From a bacterium (GTDB lineage: Bacteria > Bacteroidota > Bacteroidia > CAILMK01 > JACPUW01), in the NCBI GenBank assembly GCA_016124515.1, contig WGNN01000024.1:1-56963 (forward strand): 56,963 bases of DNA, given 5' to 3'. Below, one piece after another: positions 44,375 through 53,427 of the stretch. The position numbers were made by a program, and so were the translations under genes. The notes under the pieces are model-generated. The model ran no database searches and was not told where the DNA came from. It saw nothing but the letters and a program-made list of their open reading frames with translations. Each line of letters begins with the position of its first letter. The first letter of the stretch is position 1.

Positions 44375-45712
44375 TCAAACAGTTCTCACCGCCTCTTCAC
44401 CATCTCTTAAACGCAGGGTGAGCAGTGCCGCCAACAACATGGAGATACCGGCAATAACCAAGGCAAAAATGGCGCGCTCGCCATACACATACTTCACCAT
44501 GGGGCCGCCTATCAGGCCATTTACAATCTGTGGAATGACTATGAAAAAGTTGAAAATTCCCATATAAACGCCCATTTTTCCGGCAGGAATAGAGCCCGCC
44601 AACATGGCATAGGGCATGGCCAATATACTTGCCCAAGCCATTCCCACACCTATCATGGGCAGCAATAGCCAATCAGGATTGTCAATAATAAAAAAGGAAA
44701 GCAAACCCAAACCACCCGCAGCCAATGATACCGCGTGGGTGAACTTGCGGCTCGTAGCTTTGGCAATAGCAGGCAAAAGCAAGGCATACACGGCGCTAAT
44801 GGCATTGTAAACCCCAAAAATAACGCCCACCCAATCGGCGGCTTTGTTGTAGGTTTCTGAGTGTGCGTCGTGCACATCAAGACCGTAAATGTGCTGTGCA
44901 ATGGCCGGTGTGGTAAAAACCCACATGCCAAACAGGGCAAACCACGACAGAAATTGTATGCCGCCCAATTGTTTCATTTTAGCCGGCATGTTGACAAAAT
45001 CCTTGAATATCTGTGCAAAACCGGCATCTTCTTCGCCTTCGGTCTCAGGAAAATATTGTTTGTATTCCTGTGGCGGATATTCTTTGGTGCTCACAATGGT
45101 TACCAAAATAGCACCCAACAATACCGCCGCACCTACATAAAAAGAGATAATCACGTTGTCGGCCACACCACCTTCGGCACCCGGTTTGTCAAAACCCAGC
45201 CAATTGGCCAAAATGTAGGGAAGCCAGCTTCCGGCTACCGCTCCCAAGCCTATCAAAAACGTCTGCACCGAAAAACCCATGGTTCTTTGTTCGTCGGGCA
45301 ACATGTCGGCTACCAAAGCTCTGAAAGGCTCCATTGCCACATTAAACGAAGCATCCATAATCATGAGCATGCCCGCGCCAATGAGCAATACCGGTAAAAA
45401 ACCTGCCAATACATTGGCATTGGGCAACAGGGTAAGGGCCGCTGCGGCGAGTAGTGCACCGGCTAAAAAATAGGGTTTTCTTCGTCCCAAACCGTTCCAT
45501 GTGCGGTCGCTGTAGTGGCCAATTATGGGCTGCACCACCAAACCGGTAATGGGTGCCACCAACCAAAACCACGAAAGTTCGTGCACATCGGCACCAAAGT
45601 TTTGCAATATGCGGCTCGCATTGGCATTTTGCAAGGCAAAGCCAAATTGGATACCTAAAAACCCGAAACTCAGGTTCCAGATTTGCCAAAAACTAAGCTT
45701 GGGTTTTTGCAT
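44375..45712 (-). CDS. MFS sugar transporter, SLC45/GPH-like (putative maltose/maltodextrin:H+ symporter)
   Basis: 12-TM profile. The N-terminal motif QPIIGHYSDRTWNGLGRRKPY is typical of SLC45-type sugar symporters. It sits in the alpha-glucan cluster. Confidence 0.85.
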   Translation of the reverse strand: MQKPKLSFWQIWNLSFGFLGIQFGFALQNANASRILQNFGADVHELSWFWLVAPITGLVVQPIIGHYSDRTWNGLGRRKPYFLAGALLAAAALTLLPNANVLAGFLPVLLIGAGMLMIMDASFNVAMEPFRALVADMLPDEQRTMGFSVQTFLIGLGAVAGSWLPYILANWLGFDKPGAEGGVADNVIISFYVGAAVLLGAILVTIVSTKEYPPQEYKQYFPETEGEEDAGFAQIFKDFVNMPAKMKQLGGIQFLSWFALFGMWVFTTPAIAQHIYGLDVHDAHSETYNKAADWVGVIFGVYNAISAVYALLLPAIAKATSRKFTHAVSLAAGGLGLLSFFIIDNPDWLLLPMIGVGMAWASILAMPYAMLAGSIPAGKMGVYMGIFNFFIVIPQIVNGLIGGPMVKYVYGERAIFALVIAGISMLLAALLTLRLRDGEEAVRTV

Positions 45713-45727
45713 AAAATTCTATTTAAG

Positions 45728-47125
45728 TTACTTGGTAAAAAATTGGTAGCCCCAGGGTTTCAGTGTAAGTTCATTGGCGTTTAGCTCAAAATCGTTCAAA
45801 AATTCCTGCTCAGGAATGGTAAACTGCTGTGCTTTGTGAGAAAGGTTGAAGAAAGCCATGAACGAATGCTGTTTGCCTTTGCGGTAAAACGCATAGATAT
45901 TTTTGTTGTCTTCAATTTTAAAAGGCTCAAAACTTCCCCCATCAGGTCCAATCCAAAGGGCATCGTTTGTATGTTTCAATGCCACCAAATCGGTGTAGAA
46001 ACCTGATAGGCTGTCTTGGCTCCAATCTATTTCGTCTTTGTCAAAAAACTTGAGGGTTTTGCCATTGCCCACTTCCTGACCTGAATAAATGAGCGGCAAG
46101 CCGGGTACCGTAAAGGCCATGGCGGCCCACATTTTGTGAGCAGCTCCCAGGCGTTCAAAAACCGAATTTTTCCAACTGTTTTCATCGTGGTTGGTGGTAA
46201 AATTCATTTGCTTGTTGTACACACCGTAGCTTCCTTCCAGGTCGTTCGCCATCCAGTTTACCACAGGCCGACAGCTCATTTCCACTATATCATCAACGGT
46301 GGCTCTGCCTTGCGAAACCTCGGTCATCAGGTGGTTAAAATGCCAGGCGTAGCTAAAGTCAAATGCTTTGTAGTAATCTACATCTTCCCACTCGGCGAGC
46401 ATAAACAGGGGTTTGTTTTGTTCCAGTTGGGGTCGGGCTTCCACCCAAAAGTCCAGAGGTACTTCTCCGGCTACATCGCATCTAAAGCCATCAATATCGC
46501 AGTTGTCAACCCAAAACTTCATGGCCTCGGTCATGGCTTGTCGCAGACCGGCATTGTCGTAGTCAAGGTCTGCCACATCGGTCCAGTCGGTGCCCAGCGG
46601 TGGTATGGGGTAGTTGCCCGCTGAGTCTTTGGTATAATACTCCGGATGTTCAGTAACCCAAATATTGTCAGGCGCCGAGTGGTTGGCCACCCAGTCAAGC
46701 ACCACTTTAAAACCCATTTCATGGCATTTATCAACCAAGGCTTTAAAATCGTCCATGCTGCCAAAGTCGGGATTCACGGCGGTGTAGTCTTTTACCGCGT
46801 AGTAGCTGCCCAGCGAGGCTTCGCTTTCCTTGCGGTTTTTTACACCTATGGGATATATAGGCATAAACCACAGGATGTCAACGCCTAGTTTTTTCAACCG
46901 TGGCAGGTGTTTTTCAAATCCGGCAAAGTTTCCTTCGGGCGTATATTGGCGCACGTTGACTTCATATATCACGGCATTGTTTACCCAGCTTATGTCTTTC
47001 ATTGGTGTTTGGTTGAGGGTATCGGTGGGTTGGGTTTCATTGTCAGCAATTTTTTTTGAATTGCCACCACAGGCGGCCAGCAGGCAAGCGGCAGCCATTG
47101 CGAGTACAGTATTTTTCAATTTCAT
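45728..47125 (-). CDS. Alpha-amylase, GH13 (lipoprotein)
   Basis: Lipobox LLAACGG. GH13 regions: VVLDWVANH (I), DGFRCDVAGEV (II), MLAEWE (III) and FTTNHDEN (IV). Confidence 0.9.
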   Translation of the reverse strand: MKLKNTVLAMAAACLLAACGGNSKKIADNETQPTDTLNQTPMKDISWVNNAVIYEVNVRQYTPEGNFAGFEKHLPRLKKLGVDILWFMPIYPIGVKNRKESEASLGSYYAVKDYTAVNPDFGSMDDFKALVDKCHEMGFKVVLDWVANHSAPDNIWVTEHPEYYTKDSAGNYPIPPLGTDWTDVADLDYDNAGLRQAMTEAMKFWVDNCDIDGFRCDVAGEVPLDFWVEARPQLEQNKPLFMLAEWEDVDYYKAFDFSYAWHFNHLMTEVSQGRATVDDIVEMSCRPVVNWMANDLEGSYGVYNKQMNFTTNHDENSWKNSVFERLGAAHKMWAAMAFTVPGLPLIYSGQEVGNGKTLKFFDKDEIDWSQDSLSGFYTDLVALKHTNDALWIGPDGGSFEPFKIEDNKNIYAFYRKGKQHSFMAFFNLSHKAQQFTIPEQEFLNDFELNANELTLKPWGYQFFTK

Positions 47126-47133
47126 AAAATTGA

Positions 47134-49509
47134 TTAGTTGGTTAAAATTTCGAATGAAAAAGCGGGCAACAGCACTTGTGTTTCTCCATTTTGGGTGGCA
47201 GCTACGGCACCAAACTGTGCTTGGTCGGCAGCCTGTTCGTTGCTGAATGTGATGGCTTGTTGCGTGCCATTATTGTTTATTACCAGAAAAACGATTTGGT
47301 CAAAATACCTTCTTTCCACTACCAAAAGGCCGTTTTCGGCTTTCACTATACGGGTATCGCCAAATTGCAGGGCCAAGGTGCGGTGGCGTAGTGCGGCCAA
47401 TTCAGCAACGGTTTTTTTCAAATGTTGCTCTTGCGCGTTCAGGTTGTTAAAGCGCATCATGCGGCGGTTGTCCGGATCGTTACCGCCGGGCATGCCTATT
47501 TCATCGCCATAATAAACCACGGGTACACCGGGAATAAAAAAGTTGTAGGCCATGAGCAGGGCCATTTTTTGGTAGGCCACGGAATCCTGTATTTCTATAT
47601 CGCGGGTCCAGCCTGCGGCTTTCGGGTCTTCGTTAAACCGTATGCTGCCATCGGCATACGACACAAAGCGCGCGCGGTCTTGGTTGCCCGAAATGTTGCC
47701 CATCAGGTGGTGTGCGCCAAAGGCCTGCATGCTTTTCTCAAGGCTTTCGGCCAAACGCTCTATGCCTTCGTTGGCGGCAAAAACAGCGACGGCATCATCA
47801 TACATATTGAAGTCAAATTGCGCATTCAGCTCGCCCGTATTTACATAAGAACCTACAAGCGGGCGGCTGCCGTAGGTTTCGCCAATTTGGTAAAGCGGCA
47901 CGCCGGTGGGCTCCTCCACCTGTGTTTTAAGCTTTTGCGTAAGCGCCCGCCAAAAATGATGGGGCACGTGCTTGGTGGCGTCGTGTCTGAAACCGTCCAC
48001 ATGGTATTTCTTTACCCACCACACAGCGCTGTCGCTCAGCATATTATACACTTCGGGTTCGTACAGTTTCAGCGAGGGCAAAAACACATCGAACCAGGTG
48101 CTCAGTCGGTGGTCGTCCCAGCGTTGGGTATTCAGACTTCCGTCTTTCAGGTAAAGCTTGGTAGCCCAGTCCTTATGCGCTTTATAAACCGGATGTTTTT
48201 TGTGTACGTGGTTGGCTACAAAGTCCAAAAACAAGTTCATATCGTCGTGATGCACCTTGTCAACCAGCTCTTCAAAATTGGTAGCCGAGCCCAATCGTTT
48301 GTCTATTTGGGTAAATGACACCGGCCAATATCCGTGGTATGCCGAGAATTTGGATTCGGGTTTGGGCCAGTAGCCATAAGCCCCTTTCACATTCTTTACT
48401 ATGGGCGAAAGCCAAAGCCCGTTTACACCCAAATTTTGGAAATATCCTTCGTGCACCTTGGCAATAATTCCCAGCAAATCGCCGCCATGAAAGTTGGCTC
48501 GCGGCAAAATACTGTCGTTGGGAGTAGGTTTGTTGTTACTGCTATCCCCATCAAAAAAACGGTCAATGAACACATTGTACAACACCAGGTTGTGGTAGTC
48601 GCGTCGGTTCAGTTCATCGACTGACGAAAGCACTTGGCCATTGTGCAGCGGTATGAGCAGGTCGTTGCCAAGGCCGTTTTCATTGGCGCAAAAAACCCGT
48701 ACATAGCTCCTCAGTTCATTATCTGCTCCGGCGGGTATGGTTAGTGAGTAGATACCGGCCTTATCACTTTCGGCCTCAATAACCATATTGTTCCAAAGGG
48801 CAAAAACACCGGCACCCGGTTCGGTTTTTACCACCACTGTTTTATCGCTGTGCGAAAGTGTGGTGAGGTGGGGTTTTGTGCCCTGCGCTTCAAGATGCAA
48901 TACATTGTTGAAACCGCCCATACCATTAGATAAGGTTTCTTCATTTTCAGGATGGTCAATTTCGGTTCCATCGGCCACCAGCTTGTATTGGTAGTTACCG
49001 GGTTCAAGCCAAAGGCTGCATTTCCAGTAGCCGTCGCTGTAGGTCAAGGGGCCCGCATTGGGGTTCCATGCATTCATTTCGCCTTTCAACTGCACTTGGC
49101 CGTACTTTTTATCAGGGTCGGCAAGTGTTACTTCCACCGGTTTTTTTGATGATACAAAAACGGGTATGTCGTAGCCCAGTCCTTCGCTGAAAAAAGTAAG
49201 CTTTTGTATGGGAAAGCCTTCGGCATCAACTGCGGAAATCATCAAGCTATCCCCTGCTCGCCACGCGCTCAGTCCTTTTTGTGCGGTAAATGAATCAAGC
49301 TTTTCGGGGTGGTGAAAATAGTCAGCTATGTACAACACATTTTCGCCGGGCTCCAGCCTAAAGGGGCTTGCTAGTCCTACAATGGCATTGCGCAATGGGG
49401 GTGGCGGCGCAGTGGTATCGCCCGATTTGGCGCTGCATCCGGCAAGCAGTAGTACCAGGCCGGGAAGGCTAAGCCGCAGCATGTTCAACAGGGATTGTAA
49501 ATGTTTCAT
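47134..49509 (-). CDS. GH13-family alpha-glucan hydrolase with N-terminal beta-sandwich domains (neopullulanase/pullulanase-like lipoprotein)
   Basis: Lipobox LLLAGC. An N-terminal ~320-aa region has a CBM/E-set-like segment (GEMNAWNPNAGPL...WKCSLWLEPGNYQYKL). GH13 regions: LDFVANHV (I), VDGFRHDATKHV (II), QIGETYG (III) and ISGNQDRARF (IV). Alternative ATG starts at 49536 and 49482. Confidence 0.85.
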   Translation of the reverse strand: MKHLQSLLNMLRLSLPGLVLLLAGCSAKSGDTTAPPPPLRNAIVGLASPFRLEPGENVLYIADYFHHPEKLDSFTAQKGLSAWRAGDSLMISAVDAEGFPIQKLTFFSEGLGYDIPVFVSSKKPVEVTLADPDKKYGQVQLKGEMNAWNPNAGPLTYSDGYWKCSLWLEPGNYQYKLVADGTEIDHPENEETLSNGMGGFNNVLHLEAQGTKPHLTTLSHSDKTVVVKTEPGAGVFALWNNMVIEAESDKAGIYSLTIPAGADNELRSYVRVFCANENGLGNDLLIPLHNGQVLSSVDELNRRDYHNLVLYNVFIDRFFDGDSSNNKPTPNDSILPRANFHGGDLLGIIAKVHEGYFQNLGVNGLWLSPIVKNVKGAYGYWPKPESKFSAYHGYWPVSFTQIDKRLGSATNFEELVDKVHHDDMNLFLDFVANHVHKKHPVYKAHKDWATKLYLKDGSLNTQRWDDHRLSTWFDVFLPSLKLYEPEVYNMLSDSAVWWVKKYHVDGFRHDATKHVPHHFWRALTQKLKTQVEEPTGVPLYQIGETYGSRPLVGSYVNTGELNAQFDFNMYDDAVAVFAANEGIERLAESLEKSMQAFGAHHLMGNISGNQDRARFVSYADGSIRFNEDPKAAGWTRDIEIQDSVAYQKMALLMAYNFFIPGVPVVYYGDEIGMPGGNDPDNRRMMRFNNLNAQEQHLKKTVAELAALRHRTLALQFGDTRIVKAENGLLVVERRYFDQIVFLVINNNGTQQAITFSNEQAADQAQFGAVAATQNGETQVLLPAFSFEILTN

Positions 49510-51790
49510 TACCAGCAATATTTTGTTGACGACCATAAATTTCTACCCTACAATTTCCCTCACTCATGTTGTGAATGGCCACTTGGGTTTCGGTAACTTT
49601 TATGCTAAGCAAAACGCCCCTGAAATAGACCCTGAAGGTGTAGCTTTTCCATTGCTTGGGTATAAATGGATTGAAGGCTACGGCGTTGTTGCGCACACGC
49701 ATGCCGGCAAAACCTTGCACCACAGCCAGCCAGCTACCCGCCATACTTGTTATGTGGCAGCCGTCTTTAGTGTCATTGTTGTAGTCGTCAAGGTCAAGGC
49801 GCGAGGTGCGCAGGTAGTATTCGTAGGCTTTTTCTTCGTTGCCAATTTTAGCGGCCAGCACCGCATGTATGCACGGCGAAAGGCTCGACTCATGCACGGT
49901 GTAGGGTTCGTAGAATTCAAAATTCTTCCTTATGGTTTCTGTTTCAAATTCATGTTCCAGAAAATACATTCCCTGCAATACATCGCCCTGTTTTATATAA
50001 ACCGATCTCAATATGCGGTCCCAACTCCAGTGTTCTACTATGGGTCGCTCGGCAGGCGACAAGTCTGAAACGGGAATCAATTCTTTGTCGAGAAAACCAT
50101 CTTGTTGCAATACCACCTCGGGCAACTCCGGGTGTTTTGGATAGTACATTTTATCTACTATGTGCTGCCATTTTTCAAGCTCATCGCCACCCAAATTCAG
50201 CTTTGATAGCAGTTGTGCGTGTTTGTCGGCAACTTGGTCTTGTGCCAGTTGCAAGGCTTGCAGGGTGTAGCGCAGGCACCAGCAGGCCAGGTAGTTGGTG
50301 TACCAATTGTTGTTTACGTTGTTTTCAAATTCGTTGGGGCCTGTAACACCCAGCATCACATATTGCTGTTTGTGTGCCGACCAATTGACCCGCTGCGCCC
50401 AGAAACGCGCAATACCTACCAGCACTTCCAAACCGTAGTCAAACAGGTATTGGTTGCTGCCGGTGTAGTTGCTGTAGTTGTATATGGCGTGTGCAATGGC
50501 TCCATTGCGGTGAATTTCTTCAAAGGTTATTTCCCACTCGTTGTGGCACTCTTCGCCATTGATGGTAACCATGGGATAAAGTGCCGCTCCGTTTTTAAAA
50601 CCAAGTTTTTCGGCATTTTCAATGGCTTTGGACAAATGGCGGTAGCGGTACATGAGCAGTTGGTGGGCTACATGTGGCTCGGTAGTGGCCAGGTAAAAAG
50701 GCAGGCAATAAGCTTCGGTGTCCCAATAGGTGCTGCCTCCGTATTTTTCGCCGGTAAAACCCTTAGGGCCAATGTTTAGCCTGGCATCATGTCCTGTGTA
50801 GGTTTGGTAAAGTTGAAAAATATTGAATCGTATGCCTTGCTGAGCGGCTATATCGCCTTCTATTTGAATGTCGCAGGTTTCCCAAATGGCAGCCCACTTG
50901 TCTATATGTTGTTTTTCAAGTGTGTCAAAACCAAGGGTAATTGCCTTACCTAGCAGGGCAAAAGCCTCTTGCAATATGCGCGATTCAGCATGGTTGAGCG
51001 AGGAAAGAATGGCGCAGGTTTTTGTAATGGCAATGGTTTCGCCCGCTGCGGCTTTTATGCTGAAAAGCTGACCGCTGTAGTTGTGGGCCTGTACTTCTTG
51101 CAGGGCTTGGTCAATAACTTTATTGCCCTGCACTATTTTAGTATGTGCCGTGGCTGCTACATGAAAATTGGTTTTCAAGGTTTTGGCCACCAAGCCAAAG
51201 GCTCGGCCATCAGCACCTTTTTCCACCGCCTCCCAAAATTTTTCGTCGTAGTTTGAATCCTGGTTTTTTACATCAAAATCAAGGTAGCTTAGTATTTCAA
51301 TTTTGCAAGCCTTGTTTACTTCTATGTCGTACTGCAGGCAACCCAACTCCATTTGGGCCATGCTGCAAAAGCGTCGGGTTTTTACACCAAGCTCTATACC
51401 ATTGCGCAAAATGACCTTAAAACTGCGGTGCAAAATGCCCTGTTGCAGGTTCAGCTCGCGTTTGAACTCAAGTATTTCGCAGCGGTTCAGGTCAAGGGTT
51501 TCATCATCAATTTTTAGATGCAAACCTATCCAGTTTACATTGTTGAGCACTTTGGCAAAGTACTCGGGGTAACCGTTTTTCCACCAGCCTACACGCGTTT
51601 TGTCGGGGTAGTAAACACCCGCCACATAGGTGCCCTGCAAGCTGGGACCGCTAAAATTTTCTTCAAAATTGCCGCGCAGGCCCATGCTTCCGTTGCCCAA
51701 GCTCATCAGGCTTTCGCTCACCAGGTTGTATTGGGCATGGTAGCCGGTTTCTATTACCGACCACTCGTTGTGTTGTATGTAGTTTTTCAT
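49469..51790 (-). CDS. GH65 glycoside phosphorylase (probably maltose phosphorylase)
   Basis: 773 aa with GH65 layout. The catalytic-region motif is MLGVTGPNEFENNVNNNWYTN. Adjacent to and overlapping beta-phosphoglucomutase, the canonical maltose phosphorylase partner. Confidence 0.85.
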   Translation of the reverse strand: MKNYIQHNEWSVIETGYHAQYNLVSESLMSLGNGSMGLRGNFEENFSGPSLQGTYVAGVYYPDKTRVGWWKNGYPEYFAKVLNNVNWIGLHLKIDDETLDLNRCEILEFKRELNLQQGILHRSFKVILRNGIELGVKTRRFCSMAQMELGCLQYDIEVNKACKIEILSYLDFDVKNQDSNYDEKFWEAVEKGADGRAFGLVAKTLKTNFHVAATAHTKIVQGNKVIDQALQEVQAHNYSGQLFSIKAAAGETIAITKTCAILSSLNHAESRILQEAFALLGKAITLGFDTLEKQHIDKWAAIWETCDIQIEGDIAAQQGIRFNIFQLYQTYTGHDARLNIGPKGFTGEKYGGSTYWDTEAYCLPFYLATTEPHVAHQLLMYRYRHLSKAIENAEKLGFKNGAALYPMVTINGEECHNEWEITFEEIHRNGAIAHAIYNYSNYTGSNQYLFDYGLEVLVGIARFWAQRVNWSAHKQQYVMLGVTGPNEFENNVNNNWYTNYLACWCLRYTLQALQLAQDQVADKHAQLLSKLNLGGDELEKWQHIVDKMYYPKHPELPEVVLQQDGFLDKELIPVSDLSPAERPIVEHWSWDRILRSVYIKQGDVLQGMYFLEHEFETETIRKNFEFYEPYTVHESSLSPCIHAVLAAKIGNEEKAYEYYLRTSRLDLDDYNNDTKDGCHITSMAGSWLAVVQGFAGMRVRNNAVAFNPFIPKQWKSYTFRVYFRGVLLSIKVTETQVAIHNMSEGNCRVEIYGRQQNIAGNETFTIPVEHAAA

Positions 51791-52440
51791 TGGTTAAAAT
51801 GGTTGAGCACTTCGCCCAGGCTTACTTTTTCAAAACCATCAATTACCAGCGCTGCCTGTTTCAAAATGTGCGGACTGCCAATGCCCACGGTATTGAATCC
51901 ACCTTTTGTGGCAGCTTGAATGCCTTTTTCTGCATCTTCAAATACTATGGTTTGCCAGGCCTGTACATGCATGCGTTCGGCAGCTTTGGTAAAAACCTCA
52001 GGATCGGGTTTTCCCTTGGTGGTCATGGTGCCATCTACCAAGGCATCAAAAAAATTGGCCAGTTGCAGTTTTTTCAAAATGAGAGCGGCGTTTTTGCTTG
52101 CCGATCCTACCGCACAACGCAATCCGCTCTCGGCTACCTCGGCCAGAAACTGCTGCACACCGGGCAGGCAATCGCTTGGTGTAAGTTGCTGGCAGAGGGA
52201 CAGGTAATGTTCATTTTTTTTGATAAGCGCCTGTTCTTTTTGCTCGCTGCTCAGGCTAATGTTGCCCCACAAGAGTATTTGCTCCAGCGAATCAACACGA
52301 CTCACCCCTTTTAGCTGTTCGTTTTCGGCTTCTGATATTTCAAAGCCAAAATCATGAGCCAGATCGTTCCAAGCTATGTAGTGAAATCTTGCTGTGTCAA
52401 CCAACACGCCGTCCAAATCGAAAATAAGTGCTTTTATCAT
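51787..52440 (-). CDS. pgmB: Beta-phosphoglucomutase (HAD superfamily)
   Basis: HAD motif I FDLDGVLVDT, motif II GSAS, and KGKPDPEVF, FEDAEKGIQAA. ATGA overlaps with both neighbours. Confidence 0.9.
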   Translation of the reverse strand: MIKALIFDLDGVLVDTARFHYIAWNDLAHDFGFEISEAENEQLKGVSRVDSLEQILLWGNISLSSEQKEQALIKKNEHYLSLCQQLTPSDCLPGVQQFLAEVAESGLRCAVGSASKNAALILKKLQLANFFDALVDGTMTTKGKPDPEVFTKAAERMHVQAWQTIVFEDAEKGIQAATKGGFNTVGIGSPHILKQAALVIDGFEKVSLGEVLNHFNQ

Positions 52441-53288
52441 GCGTGATCCACTTTTACTCTATGGTATTCTACCAGGTTTTCAATGGGTTTTTGCACCACC
52501 TTTCCCAGATGTATGTGGCGTTGTTGGCAGGCTTTATCAAGCACTTCTTTAAAATGGAAAGCGATAGAGCCCACAAAATGTACCGGTACGCTGTGGCATT
52601 CGTCAAAGCGCGCCACATGCACATCAATAAATCGTAGCAAACCATTGTAGATGAGCTGCTGCACGTATTTTTCGTCGCGGTGCGATGATATGATGCGCAT
52701 GAACTGGGCCAGGTAAACATTGGCATGGGGTTTCATGTACACGTTTTTGATAATCACGTCCTTGTCGAGTTTGTAAACGTCGCGCAACTCGTTGTGTATG
52801 GAGGCGGGCAGTTTTTCGTAGAGGAAATCGGCGAGTAGCTGTTTGCCAAAAAAGGTACCACTGCCTTCGTCGCCCAATACGTAGCCCAAGCCGGATGTTT
52901 TGGTAATGATTTCGCTGCCATTGAAATAAGCCAGGTTGGAACCCGTGCCCAAAATGCAGCTTATGCCGGATTCGTCGCCGCAAGTGGCTCTTATGGCGGC
53001 GGTAAGGTCGTGGTCAACCGCTATACGGGCCTTGGTGAATATTTCTTTCAAGGCATCTTCAATAATCTTATTGAGCACGGCATTTTGGCAGCCCGCGCCG
53101 TAGTAAAAAATAGCCGAAACGTTGGGGGCCTGTCGCATGAGTTCGGTATTGACCCGCAGGCCATCAATAACCATTTGTTTGTTGTGGAACATGGGGTTGA
53201 AGCCTTGCGTGGAGAAGGATTCAAAACCCTGCTCGGTAAGCAGTGCCCAATCGCATTTTGTAGAACCGCTGTCGGCAACTAAAATCAT
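52437..53288 (-). CDS. BadF/BadG/BcrA/BcrD-type ATPase (N-acetylglucosamine-kinase-like sugar kinase)
   Basis: N-terminal phosphate-1 motif ILVADSGSTKCDW, then ILGTGSN and GDEGSG motifs of the ASKHA fold. First gene of the alpha-glucan operon. Confidence 0.8.
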   Translation of the reverse strand: MILVADSGSTKCDWALLTEQGFESFSTQGFNPMFHNKQMVIDGLRVNTELMRQAPNVSAIFYYGAGCQNAVLNKIIEDALKEIFTKARIAVDHDLTAAIRATCGDESGISCILGTGSNLAYFNGSEIITKTSGLGYVLGDEGSGTFFGKQLLADFLYEKLPASIHNELRDVYKLDKDVIIKNVYMKPHANVYLAQFMRIISSHRDEKYVQQLIYNGLLRFIDVHVARFDECHSVPVHFVGSIAFHFKEVLDKACQQRHIHLGKVVQKPIENLVEYHRVKVDHA

Positions 53289-53348
53289 TAAGTTTAAATT
53301 GTTTGTTCAAAGCTTCTTGGGCTTCGAAAAGTATTTGTAAAATTGCTT

Positions 53349-53365
53349 AGTGTAAAAAGTACACT
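53349..53365. promoter_or_regulatory. Candidate operator palindrome in the divergent regulator/operon intergenic region
   Basis: AGTGTA-aaaag-TACACT (6+5+6) lies 61 nt upstream of the kinase ATG (53288) and 63 nt upstream of the regulator TTG (53428). There is a single copy, so support is weak. Confidence 0.3.
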
Positions 53366-53427
53366 TTCAAAAATATGAAAAATCCTTTATGCTGGAAGGA
53401 AAGTGAATCACCCAAAATTCAAGATGT

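Noticed and set aside
47422-48318. 298-aa ORF antisense to the GH13 gene. Similar long antisense ORFs occur at 37754..38485, 30087..30743, 49328..50068, 50213..50779, 44861..45397, 51790..52314 and 46136..46624
   Set aside because: Each lies fully inside a well-supported gene with clear family motifs on the other strand. The translations are low-complexity and rich in V, G, H, F and K, with no recognisable motifs. This is typical of shadow ORFs opposite genes in this GC range.
49469-49536. Overlap between the end of GH65 and the start of the large GH13 gene, as a possible frameshift or fusion
   Set aside because: The two ORFs are in different frames. GH65 ends with a complete C-terminal domain, and the GH13 protein begins with its own lipoprotein signal peptide. 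Using ATG 49509 or 49482, the overlap shrinks to 41 or 14 nt, which is ordinary for this operon.
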